From contig CAMYYF010000001.1 in assembly GCA_947303375.1 (NCBI GenBank), positions 1 to 54,800 of the forward strand: DNA of 54,800 nucleotides, written 5' to 3'. The stretch is from an uncultured Lachnospiraceae bacterium (GTDB lineage Bacteria; Bacillota; Clostridia; Lachnospirales; Lachnospiraceae). Positions 16,525-25,909 of this stretch are shown piece by piece. The position numbers were made by a program, and so were the translations under genes. The first letter of the stretch is position 1. Each line of letters starts with the position of its first letter. The notes below the pieces were generated by a model. The model was not told the DNA's origin. It worked only from the letters and a program-made list of their open reading frames with translations, and searched no databases.

Positions 16525-17955
16525 TTAAGGATTGTAATTTTTTATTGCTTCATAGAAATTCTTTTTTACGTTTTTCTCATCTTTATTGTAATAAAAATCA
16601 TCTTCAGATATTTCGGTAAATGTATATTCATCCCATCTTCCGATGAAATCCTCATATCTTTCTTTTTTAACAGGACCGCCGTTTATATAGAATATTCCGT
16701 CAGACGTAAACAAATAACTTTGCATCGGAACTACATCATAACCGCTGAAAAGACTGTAGTTTATTATATTACTGTTTCCCGTGTACTTATCACAAATAAT
16801 CCTGTAATATTCGACGTAAGAAATTTCTCCGTTAAACTCAGAATTACCCACTTCATAAGAATATCTTGAAAAACCTTCATCGCCCTTATAAACACTTGTT
16901 CTTAAGAGACATATACTGTCGTCGTATTTAACAAACATTTCGGGAATATTGTCCCCATCAAGAAATGCAAAATAATATCCTACTTCATCTGCCTTTTCTT
17001 TAAGTACTTCGGCATAAGACTCATATGCTGCTTCAAGCCAGTCATCTTCATACTGCTTGTAGTAATTCTCATATTCGTATTCATTATAGGTATACTCATA
17101 GATTCCCTTGAGCGATATCAGCGTATTTAGAGAATAAGACTCGATTTCTTTTCTTTCTTTGTTAAGATAAGTGAATTGATCCTGATAATCCGAACATGTA
17201 TCCGAATCGGTTTCAATATTATTTACATACGCCACAGAGTTCGAATCGTAATTAAGATAATCCTTCTTAAAAGATGCGACTAGTTCAAATTTATTGTCCT
17301 GATTAACGGTTACAAAATAAGTGTTCAAATATGAATCATAATCGTTATATTCCGAATACCAGAGAAGATTTTCCCGTTCAACATAAAAGAGACTCATTCC
17401 GTACTGTGAACAGAAGCTTCCGATTTCGATTACTTCACCGGCATCTAAATCATACGTACAAAAATGAAATTCGACGGATACGGCTGCAGACATATCTCCC
17501 GAATAGGATGCATAAACCAGTTCGGGCAGATTGTCGTTATTAATGCAGATAAAATTAAACTTAACCTGCCAGCCCGTATCATACAGTTCTTCCATATATG
17601 AAAAATATGCTTCAGTCACGGCCAAAGTTTCATCATAGGAATATTCTTTCGAAGGATTCTTTGCTTCAAAATCTTCCCTTGAAAAATATTCCATTTTGTC
17701 AAAATCATTCGGAACAACAAAATTCATCATGGCAGATTCGTAAGTTTCTTTGTATCCGGGATCCGGCTTTTCTTCAGGCACATCGACCGGGATATCTGCA
17801 GGACTTACAATATGAGCATGGTAAGTGTCCTTGTCCTTATCACCATAATTAATCTCGCCGCCCGGCAGTTCACAGGCACAGAAAATTAATGCTGTGCCTG
17901 CTGCCAGTAACCCTGCCAATAATCTTTTAAAATTTTTTGTTAATCCGTTTTTCAT
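16525..17955 (-). CDS. acidic Tyr-rich lipoprotein of unknown function
   Basis: Basic N-terminus, hydrophobic core and IFCAC lipobox. Two D/N-x-D-N-x-P-E motifs. Confidence 0.75.
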   Translation of the reverse strand: MKNGLTKNFKRLLAGLLAAGTALIFCACELPGGEINYGDKDKDTYHAHIVSPADIPVDVPEEKPDPGYKETYESAMMNFVVPNDFDKMEYFSREDFEAKNPSKEYSYDETLAVTEAYFSYMEELYDTGWQVKFNFICINNDNLPELVYASYSGDMSAAVSVEFHFCTYDLDAGEVIEIGSFCSQYGMSLFYVERENLLWYSEYNDYDSYLNTYFVTVNQDNKFELVASFKKDYLNYDSNSVAYVNNIETDSDTCSDYQDQFTYLNKERKEIESYSLNTLISLKGIYEYTYNEYEYENYYKQYEDDWLEAAYESYAEVLKEKADEVGYYFAFLDGDNIPEMFVKYDDSICLLRTSVYKGDEGFSRYSYEVGNSEFNGEISYVEYYRIICDKYTGNSNIINYSLFSGYDVVPMQSYLFTSDGIFYINGGPVKKERYEDFIGRWDEYTFTEISEDDFYYNKDEKNVKKNFYEAIKNYNP

Positions 17956-18043
17956 AATAAATTTTAATTCTCTTCACCAAATTAAAGTTCGTATAATACA
18001 GATTCGTCGATTTCCGATACCTTGGAAAATCCTGTGGCGCTCA

Positions 18044-18115
18044 TTACAAAGCGAAGCTCTTTGCCCATTCTTCCGCTGTTAAGTGACTTAGCGGAGAAGA
18101 AGTTCCCAGTCTCAT
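18044..18115 (-). pseudogene. 23-codon ORF MRLGTSSPLSHLTAEEWAKSFAL, probable truncated gene start
   Basis: Strong RBS GAGGGGG. From memory it resembles the N-terminus of clostridial sugar phosphate isomerase/epimerase TIM-barrel proteins (unverified). Confidence 0.4.
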
Positions 18116-18140
18116 TTTATTCCCCCTCTTTTATTCATCC

Positions 18141-19460
18141 CTATACAATATTCGGAACGATTCCATGTTTTATGTGATATCTGTAAAAGAGATTTACGCC
18201 AAGGTAAAATACCGCATTATACGGTCTCTTTATCAGGCAGTCGCTAAAGATTGTTCGTTTTAAAATACACCTGATGGAATATACATCGTTGTAAAGCTCC
18301 CAGTATGCTTTGGTCAGTTCCTCGGGCGTCATGTTCTTTGGAATATGAACAGCTTCGCAGGCATTGTAGGAATACATATCGGTATTGTATATTCGATCCT
18401 GCTCCTTCATCTCGTCGTAATACTGAGTACCGGGAATAGGTGTTAATATATAAAATCTCGGTACGGCAATTTTGTTATCCTCGATAAATCTCGCGGTAGC
18501 CTTAATTGATTCAAGCGTATCCCCTTCCGCTCCTACTACCATTTCCGTAGAGATATCTATACCATGCTTTCTGATGATTTTAAGCTGTTTTGAATATTCG
18601 TCGGGATGTGCCCAGGCTTTCTGCATGCCTACAAGACTTTCACGGCTTATGCTCTCAAGACCGAAGCTTAACGCATAGCAGCCGCTCTTTGCAACGGCGG
18701 TTAAAAGTTCTTCATCCTTTGCAATATCTATAGAGCACTGAGTCATCCAGTGCATTTTTACTTTGGATATTTCCTTACAAAGTTCAAGTGCATAATTTCT
18801 GTCTGAAAAAAGATTGTCGTCGAGTAAAAGAAACTGCTTAAAGCCCAGTTCTTTTATACGCTTAATGTCACGCATTACATCGGGAATATTTCTTCTTAAA
18901 TACTGTCCGTGATAAAGGCAGTATATGGAACAGAAACTGCAGGTCTTGGTACATCCTCTTCCTGCCTGAACCGGCAAGAAATTACCGATTCTTTTATTTA
19001 ATACAAGCTCGTATTTCGGAAGCGGAGTCTCAAGCTTAGTCAGTTTCTTTTTGTAATACTCTTTCAGGGTGCCGTTTAGATAATCGTTTATCATCTCGCC
19101 CCAGGTTTCCTCGGAGTCTCCTATCATTACGGCATCGGCATATTTCTTTGCTTCCTCGGGCATTAAGGACACCATGTAGCCGCCTAGGATTACAGTCTTT
19201 CCGAGTTCCTTAAACTTCTTTGCAATATCGACGGTACGCATTACCGCATGACCCATACTGCTGATACCGATTAATTCTGCATCAGTGTCAAAGGGGACAT
19301 CTTCTATCGTCTCGTAGCAAAGCTCTACCTCAAAATCATCGGGCGTTAAGGCTGCAAGCAAAGGAAGCGCAAGACCGACAAAATATAATTTTTTCTTTTT
19401 TACCAGCTTCCCGTACTGATCGTAAGGAGTCGGCTGGATTAACAAAAGTTTTTTCTTCAT
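18141..19460 (-). CDS. B12-binding radical SAM enzyme (rSAM 5, most divergent)
   Basis: N-terminal cobalamin-binding-like domain (LALPLLAALTP...ILGG), RGCTKTCSFC, DDN, GLES, TPIPGT. Confidence 0.9.
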   Translation of the reverse strand: MKKKLLLIQPTPYDQYGKLVKKKKLYFVGLALPLLAALTPDDFEVELCYETIEDVPFDTDAELIGISSMGHAVMRTVDIAKKFKELGKTVILGGYMVSLMPEEAKKYADAVMIGDSEETWGEMINDYLNGTLKEYYKKKLTKLETPLPKYELVLNKRIGNFLPVQAGRGCTKTCSFCSIYCLYHGQYLRRNIPDVMRDIKRIKELGFKQFLLLDDNLFSDRNYALELCKEISKVKMHWMTQCSIDIAKDEELLTAVAKSGCYALSFGLESISRESLVGMQKAWAHPDEYSKQLKIIRKHGIDISTEMVVGAEGDTLESIKATARFIEDNKIAVPRFYILTPIPGTQYYDEMKEQDRIYNTDMYSYNACEAVHIPKNMTPEELTKAYWELYNDVYSIRCILKRTIFSDCLIKRPYNAVFYLGVNLFYRYHIKHGIVPNIV

Positions 19461-19463
19461 GGT

Positions 19464-20822
19464 TTATAGTACAAATACTCTCTTAATCTTTAAAAGAATT
19501 ACCGCAATGATATGAAGCATTCCCTTAAAATATTCGTTATCCGCATAAAGCGGTGATTTTCTGTTTTTAAACGCGAGTCCCATCGAAAGCTTGTAATACT
19601 CAAAGGTAAAGCGCCTTACACTCATATGCTCAGGCTTTAACAGGCAGTGGAATAAATCCTGCTTGGTCACGTCCTTGGTAATAAGCTTATCCTCATACTC
19701 CTTATACATCGCAGAACCCTGCATCGGAGTAAATACGGAAACGGTCGGAATAATATCCCTTGAAGCAATCCATTTGTAAAGCTTTTTGAAATCTTCTTTT
19801 GTCATCGCCTGATGAACGATGAAAAGTCCCGCGCAGAAAATATGGTTCTCGGATAATATACGAATACACTCTTCGTTTTCATGGAGAGATACATGCTTGT
19901 TGTACGAATCAAGTTCTTCGTCATTTGTGGCTTCAAGTCCGACCATAATTAAAGCGAGTCCGATCTCGGCGAGTTCTTTTATGATGTCTTCGTTATTTGC
20001 GATAAAATCAGCACGTCCGTATATAAGATATTTTTTATGTATGTCTTTTTCTTTTACGAGCCTTATAAATTCCTTTAAATACTCTCTGTTTACAAGGAAA
20101 TTGTCGTCCGTAATATGCACAGCCGGAACATCTAAGGATGCGATTTCATCGACGAGCTTGTCGACGCTTCTGCATGCATATCTTCCGCCGTTACGATTGG
20201 TACAAAAACAGAAATTGCAGTTTCTCTGACAGCTGTATGAATTCTTTACAAGCGCAAGCGGTTTAAAGCACAGATACCTGAAACGGAATTTGTTCTTGTA
20301 AAAATGCGTTCTGTCGGGAACGGGCAAATCTTCGGGAGTTTCGAAAATCTTGGGGTTACTTACCCACTCTCCGTCTTTCTTAAAACAGATACCGGGGATT
20401 TCCTCGATATCCGAAAAATCTTCTTTCTCTATGTCTTTTACGAGCCTGCACATATTGTCTAAACCCGACAAAAGATAAAGGTAATCCGCTTTGGAATCAT
20501 AAAAGTTCTCGTAATTTATTTCCACATGCGAACCGCCTAAAATAACCTTAGCCTCAGGTCTAAATTTTTTAATCGCCACACAAAGCTTTTTTATGAGCTT
20601 TTCCTGCGTGATATAACCTGTGATGCAAACCACATCGGGCTTTTCCTTATTCAGTTTCTTTTTTAGGGATATCGGTTCATACCTTCTGTCGTAGATTATA
20701 GCTTCATGGCCGTCCTTCGTGAAAACCGTATAGAGGTATTCCATCTCCAAGGGCTCATGGTCTACAAGGTATGTAAAACTGAATATCCCGACCGTTTCCG
20801 GCTTGATAAGGAGTATTTTCAT
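19464..20822 (-). CDS. B12-binding radical SAM enzyme (rSAM 4)
   Basis: EPLEMEYL, GGSH, CQRNCNFC, DDNF, YGRAD, VGLE. Confidence 0.9.
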   Translation of the reverse strand: MKILLIKPETVGIFSFTYLVDHEPLEMEYLYTVFTKDGHEAIIYDRRYEPISLKKKLNKEKPDVVCITGYITQEKLIKKLCVAIKKFRPEAKVILGGSHVEINYENFYDSKADYLYLLSGLDNMCRLVKDIEKEDFSDIEEIPGICFKKDGEWVSNPKIFETPEDLPVPDRTHFYKNKFRFRYLCFKPLALVKNSYSCQRNCNFCFCTNRNGGRYACRSVDKLVDEIASLDVPAVHITDDNFLVNREYLKEFIRLVKEKDIHKKYLIYGRADFIANNEDIIKELAEIGLALIMVGLEATNDEELDSYNKHVSLHENEECIRILSENHIFCAGLFIVHQAMTKEDFKKLYKWIASRDIIPTVSVFTPMQGSAMYKEYEDKLITKDVTKQDLFHCLLKPEHMSVRRFTFEYYKLSMGLAFKNRKSPLYADNEYFKGMLHIIAVILLKIKRVFVL

Positions 20823-22132
20823 TTGTTTTTATATTTTTTATTAAACATATGTGTTAAACCGGCCCAGTAAATACGCGGATAATTTACATAGTAAAGAAAA
20901 TGAAATTCGAGCTTAAACAAAAGCATGGGCATATTAGAGGGCTTCATAAGTACACTCGTACCGCCCGTTCTTCTGTACTTGTAGTGGTAGAGTCTGTCTT
21001 TGTTTTCCTCATATACGGGCGTTCCCTTAAAGGGAATTAATATACTAAAAAGCACCCATATAAGCTTTTCCTTTTTGATGAACTTGTTGATGTTCATAAA
21101 GTCCTTGTGCTTAAAATCGTAGTTGATTACGAATAAACCTACGCAGACCATTTCGTATTCGCGTAAGATTTTAACCGCACGCATATTTAATTCAACGCTC
21201 GAATTCTTGTTGTATTTTTCAAGCGTGGTATCTTCAACCGCTTCGAGACCTACGAGCATATCGCGAAAGCCCGCTTTGTAAATAATCGGGAAAATATCCT
21301 CGCATCTGCAAATGCTGTCAGCTCTCGCAAAGATCATAAAGGTTTTCTTGCAGTCAAGTTCAATCAGTTTCTCGCAGATTGCAAGCACACGGTCTCTGTT
21401 TACAAGGAAATCATCGTCAATAATAAAAATCTTGTCGTTATCAATTGATAGGATTTCGTTGATTACTTCTTCAACCGCACGCTCTCTGTATGTACAGCTG
21501 TTAAACTGTCTTGAAATACAAAACTTACAGTTCTGCGGGCAGGAAAATGCGGTCTTCATCATTGAAAAGCAGCCCTTTGCAAGCACGCGAAATTTACTTC
21601 TGTTCTCATAAAAGAAACTTCGATCCGGAAGTAAACCGTAATCACTTATCGGCTCTCCCTTTTTGTTTAAAAACCACTCTCCGTTTATCTTTCCCGCAAA
21701 GCCCGTACAGGTTTTGATTACTTCTTCGTCAAAGTCATTTCTTAGTGCCAGTCTGAACGAATCAAGGCCGTTGTCAAAGGATACATAGTCCACGTCATCA
21801 ATCATAAAATCTTCAAAATTTACAACGACTTCGGGACCGCCTACCATGATTTTTACATTCGGTCTTGCTTTCCTTAATTTGTGAATGAGTTTAAGTACAT
21901 ACCATGCGGTATTGGACATTATCGAAAAGCCGACAATAGTAATGCCGTTATCATCCACTTTTTTAAGAAGTCTCGCGAAACGACCGAAAGAACTTTCAAT
22001 GCTTTCGTCGTGTATAAGGCCAAACTTCCCCTCAGCCTTAACCGCAGCCATTAAATACTCAAGCCCCAAAGGCTCGAGGCTTGCGACTCTTTTATCATAA
22101 TGTACTCTGACAAACATGTATTTCTGTGTCAT
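20819..22132 (-). CDS. B12-binding radical SAM enzyme (rSAM 3)
   Basis: LEPLGLEYL, GGPE, CPQNCKFC, DDDF, RAD, VGLE, PFKGT. Confidence 0.9.
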   Translation of the reverse strand: MTQKYMFVRVHYDKRVASLEPLGLEYLMAAVKAEGKFGLIHDESIESSFGRFARLLKKVDDNGITIVGFSIMSNTAWYVLKLIHKLRKARPNVKIMVGGPEVVVNFEDFMIDDVDYVSFDNGLDSFRLALRNDFDEEVIKTCTGFAGKINGEWFLNKKGEPISDYGLLPDRSFFYENRSKFRVLAKGCFSMMKTAFSCPQNCKFCISRQFNSCTYRERAVEEVINEILSIDNDKIFIIDDDFLVNRDRVLAICEKLIELDCKKTFMIFARADSICRCEDIFPIIYKAGFRDMLVGLEAVEDTTLEKYNKNSSVELNMRAVKILREYEMVCVGLFVINYDFKHKDFMNINKFIKKEKLIWVLFSILIPFKGTPVYEENKDRLYHYKYRRTGGTSVLMKPSNMPMLLFKLEFHFLYYVNYPRIYWAGLTHMFNKKYKNK

Positions 22133-23457
22133 TTAAACCAACCCTTTATCTTCGTATCGTAAGCGGTTCCAAACAGCGTTCGAACCATTATTTTAGGATA
22201 TGTCAAAACATGTATCCAATAGTACCTTAGCATATATTCAAGCGACGACATATTGGTAGGCTTAAGCGTAATATGCGTACCGTCTAATCTCCAGGACTTA
22301 AAGTTAATTACCTTGTCCTTATATTCATCATAAGCATCCGTACCCTTATAAGGCGTGAAAATTCCGAATACAACCCATAAAAGATTATTCTCATGAATAA
22401 ATTTAATAAGCTTTCTGTAATCGTCTCTCGTAGCCGTGTAGTTTATTACAAAAAGGCCGTTACATACGATTCCCGCATCATGAAGATTTTTAATCGCCAT
22501 AATGTTATCGTCTCTGGATGTCTGCTTGTTATATTCATCAAGCGTTTCGTCGCTTATTGCTTCAAGACCGATTAAAATATCCCTGAATCCCGCTTCATAT
22601 GCAAGAGGCAAAACTTCGGGATGTGCGGCAATAAAATCGGCTCTCGAATATGCCATGAAATGCTTCTTAATTCCACGCTTTATTATCTCATTACAGAAGG
22701 TCTCAACTCTCTCCTTGTGGAAGAAAAACGTATCATCGACAAACCAGATTTTATCATGCTTAATCTCTTCGATTTCATCGACAACTTCCATGATGTCACG
22801 CTCTGTATAAGCCCCTGAATTCATCTTCGTACAATAACAGAAAGCGCAGTTAAAAGGACACGAAAACGATGCCTTGCTTAAGGCGAATTTGCCTTTCATG
22901 AAAATATAATTTTTCTTAAGACCTCTGTAAAAGGCAGTTCTGTCGGGCTTGTTGATAAATCCGCAAACGGGTTCACCCTTTTCTTTTATGACCCACTCTC
23001 CGTCTTTCTTAAAAGCTATACCGGTTAATCTGTCAAGTGCTTCAGGCGATAAATCAGACTCCCACATTTTCTTTAATGTCGACAGACCGTTGTCGTAATA
23101 TACGAAGTCAACATCATCCACGCAGAATTCCTTATAGTTCATCTCCGCTTCGGGACCGCCTACCATAATTTTTATATCGGGAAATTTTTTCTTAAGCTGT
23201 GCTGCACGCTTGTTGATATAATCCACAGTATTGGCATTCGCATTAAGACCTATGTAATTGTAATTGCCCTTTTTAATAACGCGACACATTCTTGAAAAGC
23301 GAAATGTCCACGGATGATCGAATTCATCGTGGATATCGCATGGAATGCCCATATCCCTTGCAAGCCCCATAAGGTATTCAAGTCCGAGGGGCTCAAGGTG
23401 TGCAACCAAAGATGTGTATTTGGGACGAATAAGCAATACTCTTAATTCTTCTTGCAT
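22129..23457 (-). CDS. B12-binding radical SAM enzyme (rSAM 2)
   Basis: LEPLGLEYL, GGPE, CPFNCAFC, DDTF, RAD, IGLE, TPYKGT. Confidence 0.9.
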   Translation of the reverse strand: MQEELRVLLIRPKYTSLVAHLEPLGLEYLMGLARDMGIPCDIHDEFDHPWTFRFSRMCRVIKKGNYNYIGLNANANTVDYINKRAAQLKKKFPDIKIMVGGPEAEMNYKEFCVDDVDFVYYDNGLSTLKKMWESDLSPEALDRLTGIAFKKDGEWVIKEKGEPVCGFINKPDRTAFYRGLKKNYIFMKGKFALSKASFSCPFNCAFCYCTKMNSGAYTERDIMEVVDEIEEIKHDKIWFVDDTFFFHKERVETFCNEIIKRGIKKHFMAYSRADFIAAHPEVLPLAYEAGFRDILIGLEAISDETLDEYNKQTSRDDNIMAIKNLHDAGIVCNGLFVINYTATRDDYRKLIKFIHENNLLWVVFGIFTPYKGTDAYDEYKDKVINFKSWRLDGTHITLKPTNMSSLEYMLRYYWIHVLTYPKIMVRTLFGTAYDTKIKGWFK

Positions 23458-24869
23458 TTTTCACCTTCAATAAATTTCTTCCAATACTGGTTATTTACTG
23501 CCACCGCACCAATGCTTAATTTAAGCGTATCGTGAAGACCGTACTTTTTAACCATGTACCAGCCGCTTATAGGATTAGCCGTAATCCTGTAATATAAAAC
23601 CATCGTATACCAGTAATATTTTCTGACGGAAATATTGTCCGGACGAACTACGAGGTGTGCCAGATCCCACTTCTCGTATTCATCCTCTCTCACAATAAAC
23701 CTGGGTTTGTATTTTTCGTAAATATCCGTTCCGCGAAGTGGAGTTAAGGGCTGTAGATTTACAAATACAAGGCCAAGCTTTTTAATCCATTTGTATAATG
23801 CATTAAAGTCATCCCAGGTCCAGTCGAGTCCTAAAATAAATGTACCGTAGCATTCGACATCGTATTTCTTTAAAATACCGACGGCCTTTTCGTTTATGGC
23901 TACATTGGTACGCTTGTTGTAATCGTCAAGCTGCTTCGAATCGCAGGATTCAAGGCCTACTATAACTGCTCTTAAACCGACTTCCTTAAAACGCTTAATT
24001 ACATCTTCATTTGCTGCGATATAATCCGCACGGCCGTATATAAGATATTTCTTTTCAATGCCTCTTTGTTCGAGGAGGTCGCAGAATTTAAGTATTCGCT
24101 CCCTTCCTACGAGAAAATCATCATCAACGATATAAATCTCGGTCTCGGGAATCGTCGCCAGTTCATTTACGATATCTTCCAAATCTCTTGCGAAATACTG
24201 GTCATCCATTATCTGACGGCAGAAGCAGAATTTGCAGTTGTAGGGACATCCGAACGAAGTCTTAATAAGCGTACAGTTTCTGTGAAACATGTAATAATAT
24301 TTCGAACGGTATTTGTTTACCTTGTCTCTGTCAGGATAAAGATAATTAAAGGTTGTATCTTTTTTTGGAGGTTTCTTACCCGGTACATAGATACACTCTA
24401 TTTCATCTTCTTCTCCGATTATTTCGGACTTATTTGAGCCATTATTCTCTTTGGGATTGTTTTTCTCTTTTTCGAGTTTGTTTAAAATATCGATAAAGGT
24501 TCTGATGCCGTTTGCACGGATAATATAATCAACATAGGGTGATTCGAAATCCGCAGGATTAACCTCTGCATGAACTCCGCCTATAATCGTCACTATGTTT
24601 TCATTTACTTCTTTGGCTTCTTTCGCATATCTTTTCATAATGTTGACATGCGAAATATACCCTGTGATGCCCACAACATCCGGATTGTAAAGCTTCACAA
24701 AGTACGGCACGTTTTTCTTTTCGATTATCATATCCACGATAGTACATGTATGTCCCAGCGCCTCGATGTTCGCTGAAATATACTCGAGCTCTAAGGGCTC
24801 GCAGATCATTACATTCTGAAGTCCTATGGTCTCTTTGTCAGGTCGCGGTCTGAACAAAAGTACGTTCAC
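23442..24869 (-). CDS. B12-binding radical SAM enzyme (rSAM 1)
   Basis: EPLELEYI, GGVH, GCPYNCKFC, DDDF, YGRAD, VGLES, TPLRGT. GTG start. Confidence 0.9.
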   Translation of the reverse strand: MNVLLFRPRPDKETIGLQNVMICEPLELEYISANIEALGHTCTIVDMIIEKKNVPYFVKLYNPDVVGITGYISHVNIMKRYAKEAKEVNENIVTIIGGVHAEVNPADFESPYVDYIIRANGIRTFIDILNKLEKEKNNPKENNGSNKSEIIGEEDEIECIYVPGKKPPKKDTTFNYLYPDRDKVNKYRSKYYYMFHRNCTLIKTSFGCPYNCKFCFCRQIMDDQYFARDLEDIVNELATIPETEIYIVDDDFLVGRERILKFCDLLEQRGIEKKYLIYGRADYIAANEDVIKRFKEVGLRAVIVGLESCDSKQLDDYNKRTNVAINEKAVGILKKYDVECYGTFILGLDWTWDDFNALYKWIKKLGLVFVNLQPLTPLRGTDIYEKYKPRFIVREDEYEKWDLAHLVVRPDNISVRKYYWYTMVLYYRITANPISGWYMVKKYGLHDTLKLSIGAVAVNNQYWKKFIEGEKCKKN

Positions 24870-24871
24870 TT

Positions 24872-25909
24872 TTACTCCTTAAATACATGGAATTCGGGAA
24901 AATCATATTTGTATTCAAGCATATGTTTTCCGACCATGGCAAAAATATTTAAAAAAGGATTGGAATGATGCGCATAAAAGTATTTTTTCTTAAGGACGGC
25001 TCCGAATTTAAGCTTGGTCTTCTCGGAGGTCTGTCCGAAATCAATTACCCTTAATCCTTTTTCAAGCGCATATTCCACTATCTTTAAAAGCATGAAAAAA
25101 TACAAATCCGCATTGTCTTTATCAGGCGTATAATCCATACCGCATAACATAAAGACAAGCTCTTTTCTTGTTTCTTTTAAAAGAACAAATCCGACCGGTT
25201 TTTTATCTCGTAAAAAAACAAGTTTCTCACCATCGGTTTTATCAAAAAACTCTTTGTTTAAACATTCGAGTTTATATTCGGATTTTTCGTAAGTCTGCAA
25301 ATACAAAGGATGAATATCAATCGAATCACCCTTAATTCTTTTTATTTCTATATCGCTGCAGTTTTTAACTGCAATATTAATTCTTCTTCTGTAAGGACTT
25401 CTTAAAGAGTCCATATAGGTCTTTATATCTTTTATGTTTTCGGGAATTGCAAACACGCAGGTCGGAAGCGTTTCGCCAAAGCTCATGCCTTTTATATCCG
25501 TTTTTTCGTCGAGGTTAAGTACAAGCTTGCAGCCTTTTATGGTCTTAATGTAGGCAAGCATCCATTTTACATTGTTCGTAATAAAGCCGTTGTTGCTAAG
25601 CGAACAGGGGAAAGCTATCGTGTGAATATTCATAAACCATTCGGCTTTTCCGTATGTAAAAAGATTCATTCTGTTTTCATAAACGCAAAAAAAAGCGTAA
25701 TTCGAATTATCTTCAATGTAATAATATTTCTGCTCTAAAGGATTGGCACTTTTTAAAAGAGTAAGCATTGAAAGCGTAAAAGGAAAGGGCAAGTCTCCGC
25801 TCTTTTCAAATAAATCCTCGGCAAAACGTGCATTCTTCATATGCTCGAAAATCTCCGTAGGATTCTCGCAGATATATTCTTTAAAAGATTCATCAAATTT
25901 CTTTTTCAT
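24872..25909 (-). CDS. GNAT/FemAB-like (acetyltransferase-6 type) acyltransferase
   Basis: YMDSLRSPYRRRI, VGFVLL, GMDY, LYF...IVEYA and IDFGQTSEKTKLKFGA pattern. Start probably ATG 25909, coupled to the upstream stop. Confidence 0.72.
   Translation of the reverse strand: MKKKFDESFKEYICENPTEIFEHMKNARFAEDLFEKSGDLPFPFTLSMLTLLKSANPLEQKYYYIEDNSNYAFFCVYENRMNLFTYGKAEWFMNIHTIAFPCSLSNNGFITNNVKWMLAYIKTIKGCKLVLNLDEKTDIKGMSFGETLPTCVFAIPENIKDIKTYMDSLRSPYRRRINIAVKNCSDIEIKRIKGDSIDIHPLYLQTYEKSEYKLECLNKEFFDKTDGEKLVFLRDKKPVGFVLLKETRKELVFMLCGMDYTPDKDNADLYFFMLLKIVEYALEKGLRVIDFGQTSEKTKLKFGAVLKKKYFYAHHSNPFLNIFAMVGKHMLEYKYDFPEFHVFKE

Noticed and set aside
17956..18140. Riboswitch (c-di-GMP, c-di-AMP or cobalamin) upstream of the lipoprotein
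   Set aside because: A hairpin is present but the consensus elements could not be matched. A truncated coding remnant explains the region better. An Rfam scan would settle it.
18141..24869. Calling the cluster ladderane, hopanoid or diabolic acid synthesis
   Set aside because: No squalene-hopene cyclase, desaturase-like or other diagnostic genes in the window. The product cannot be assigned from motifs.
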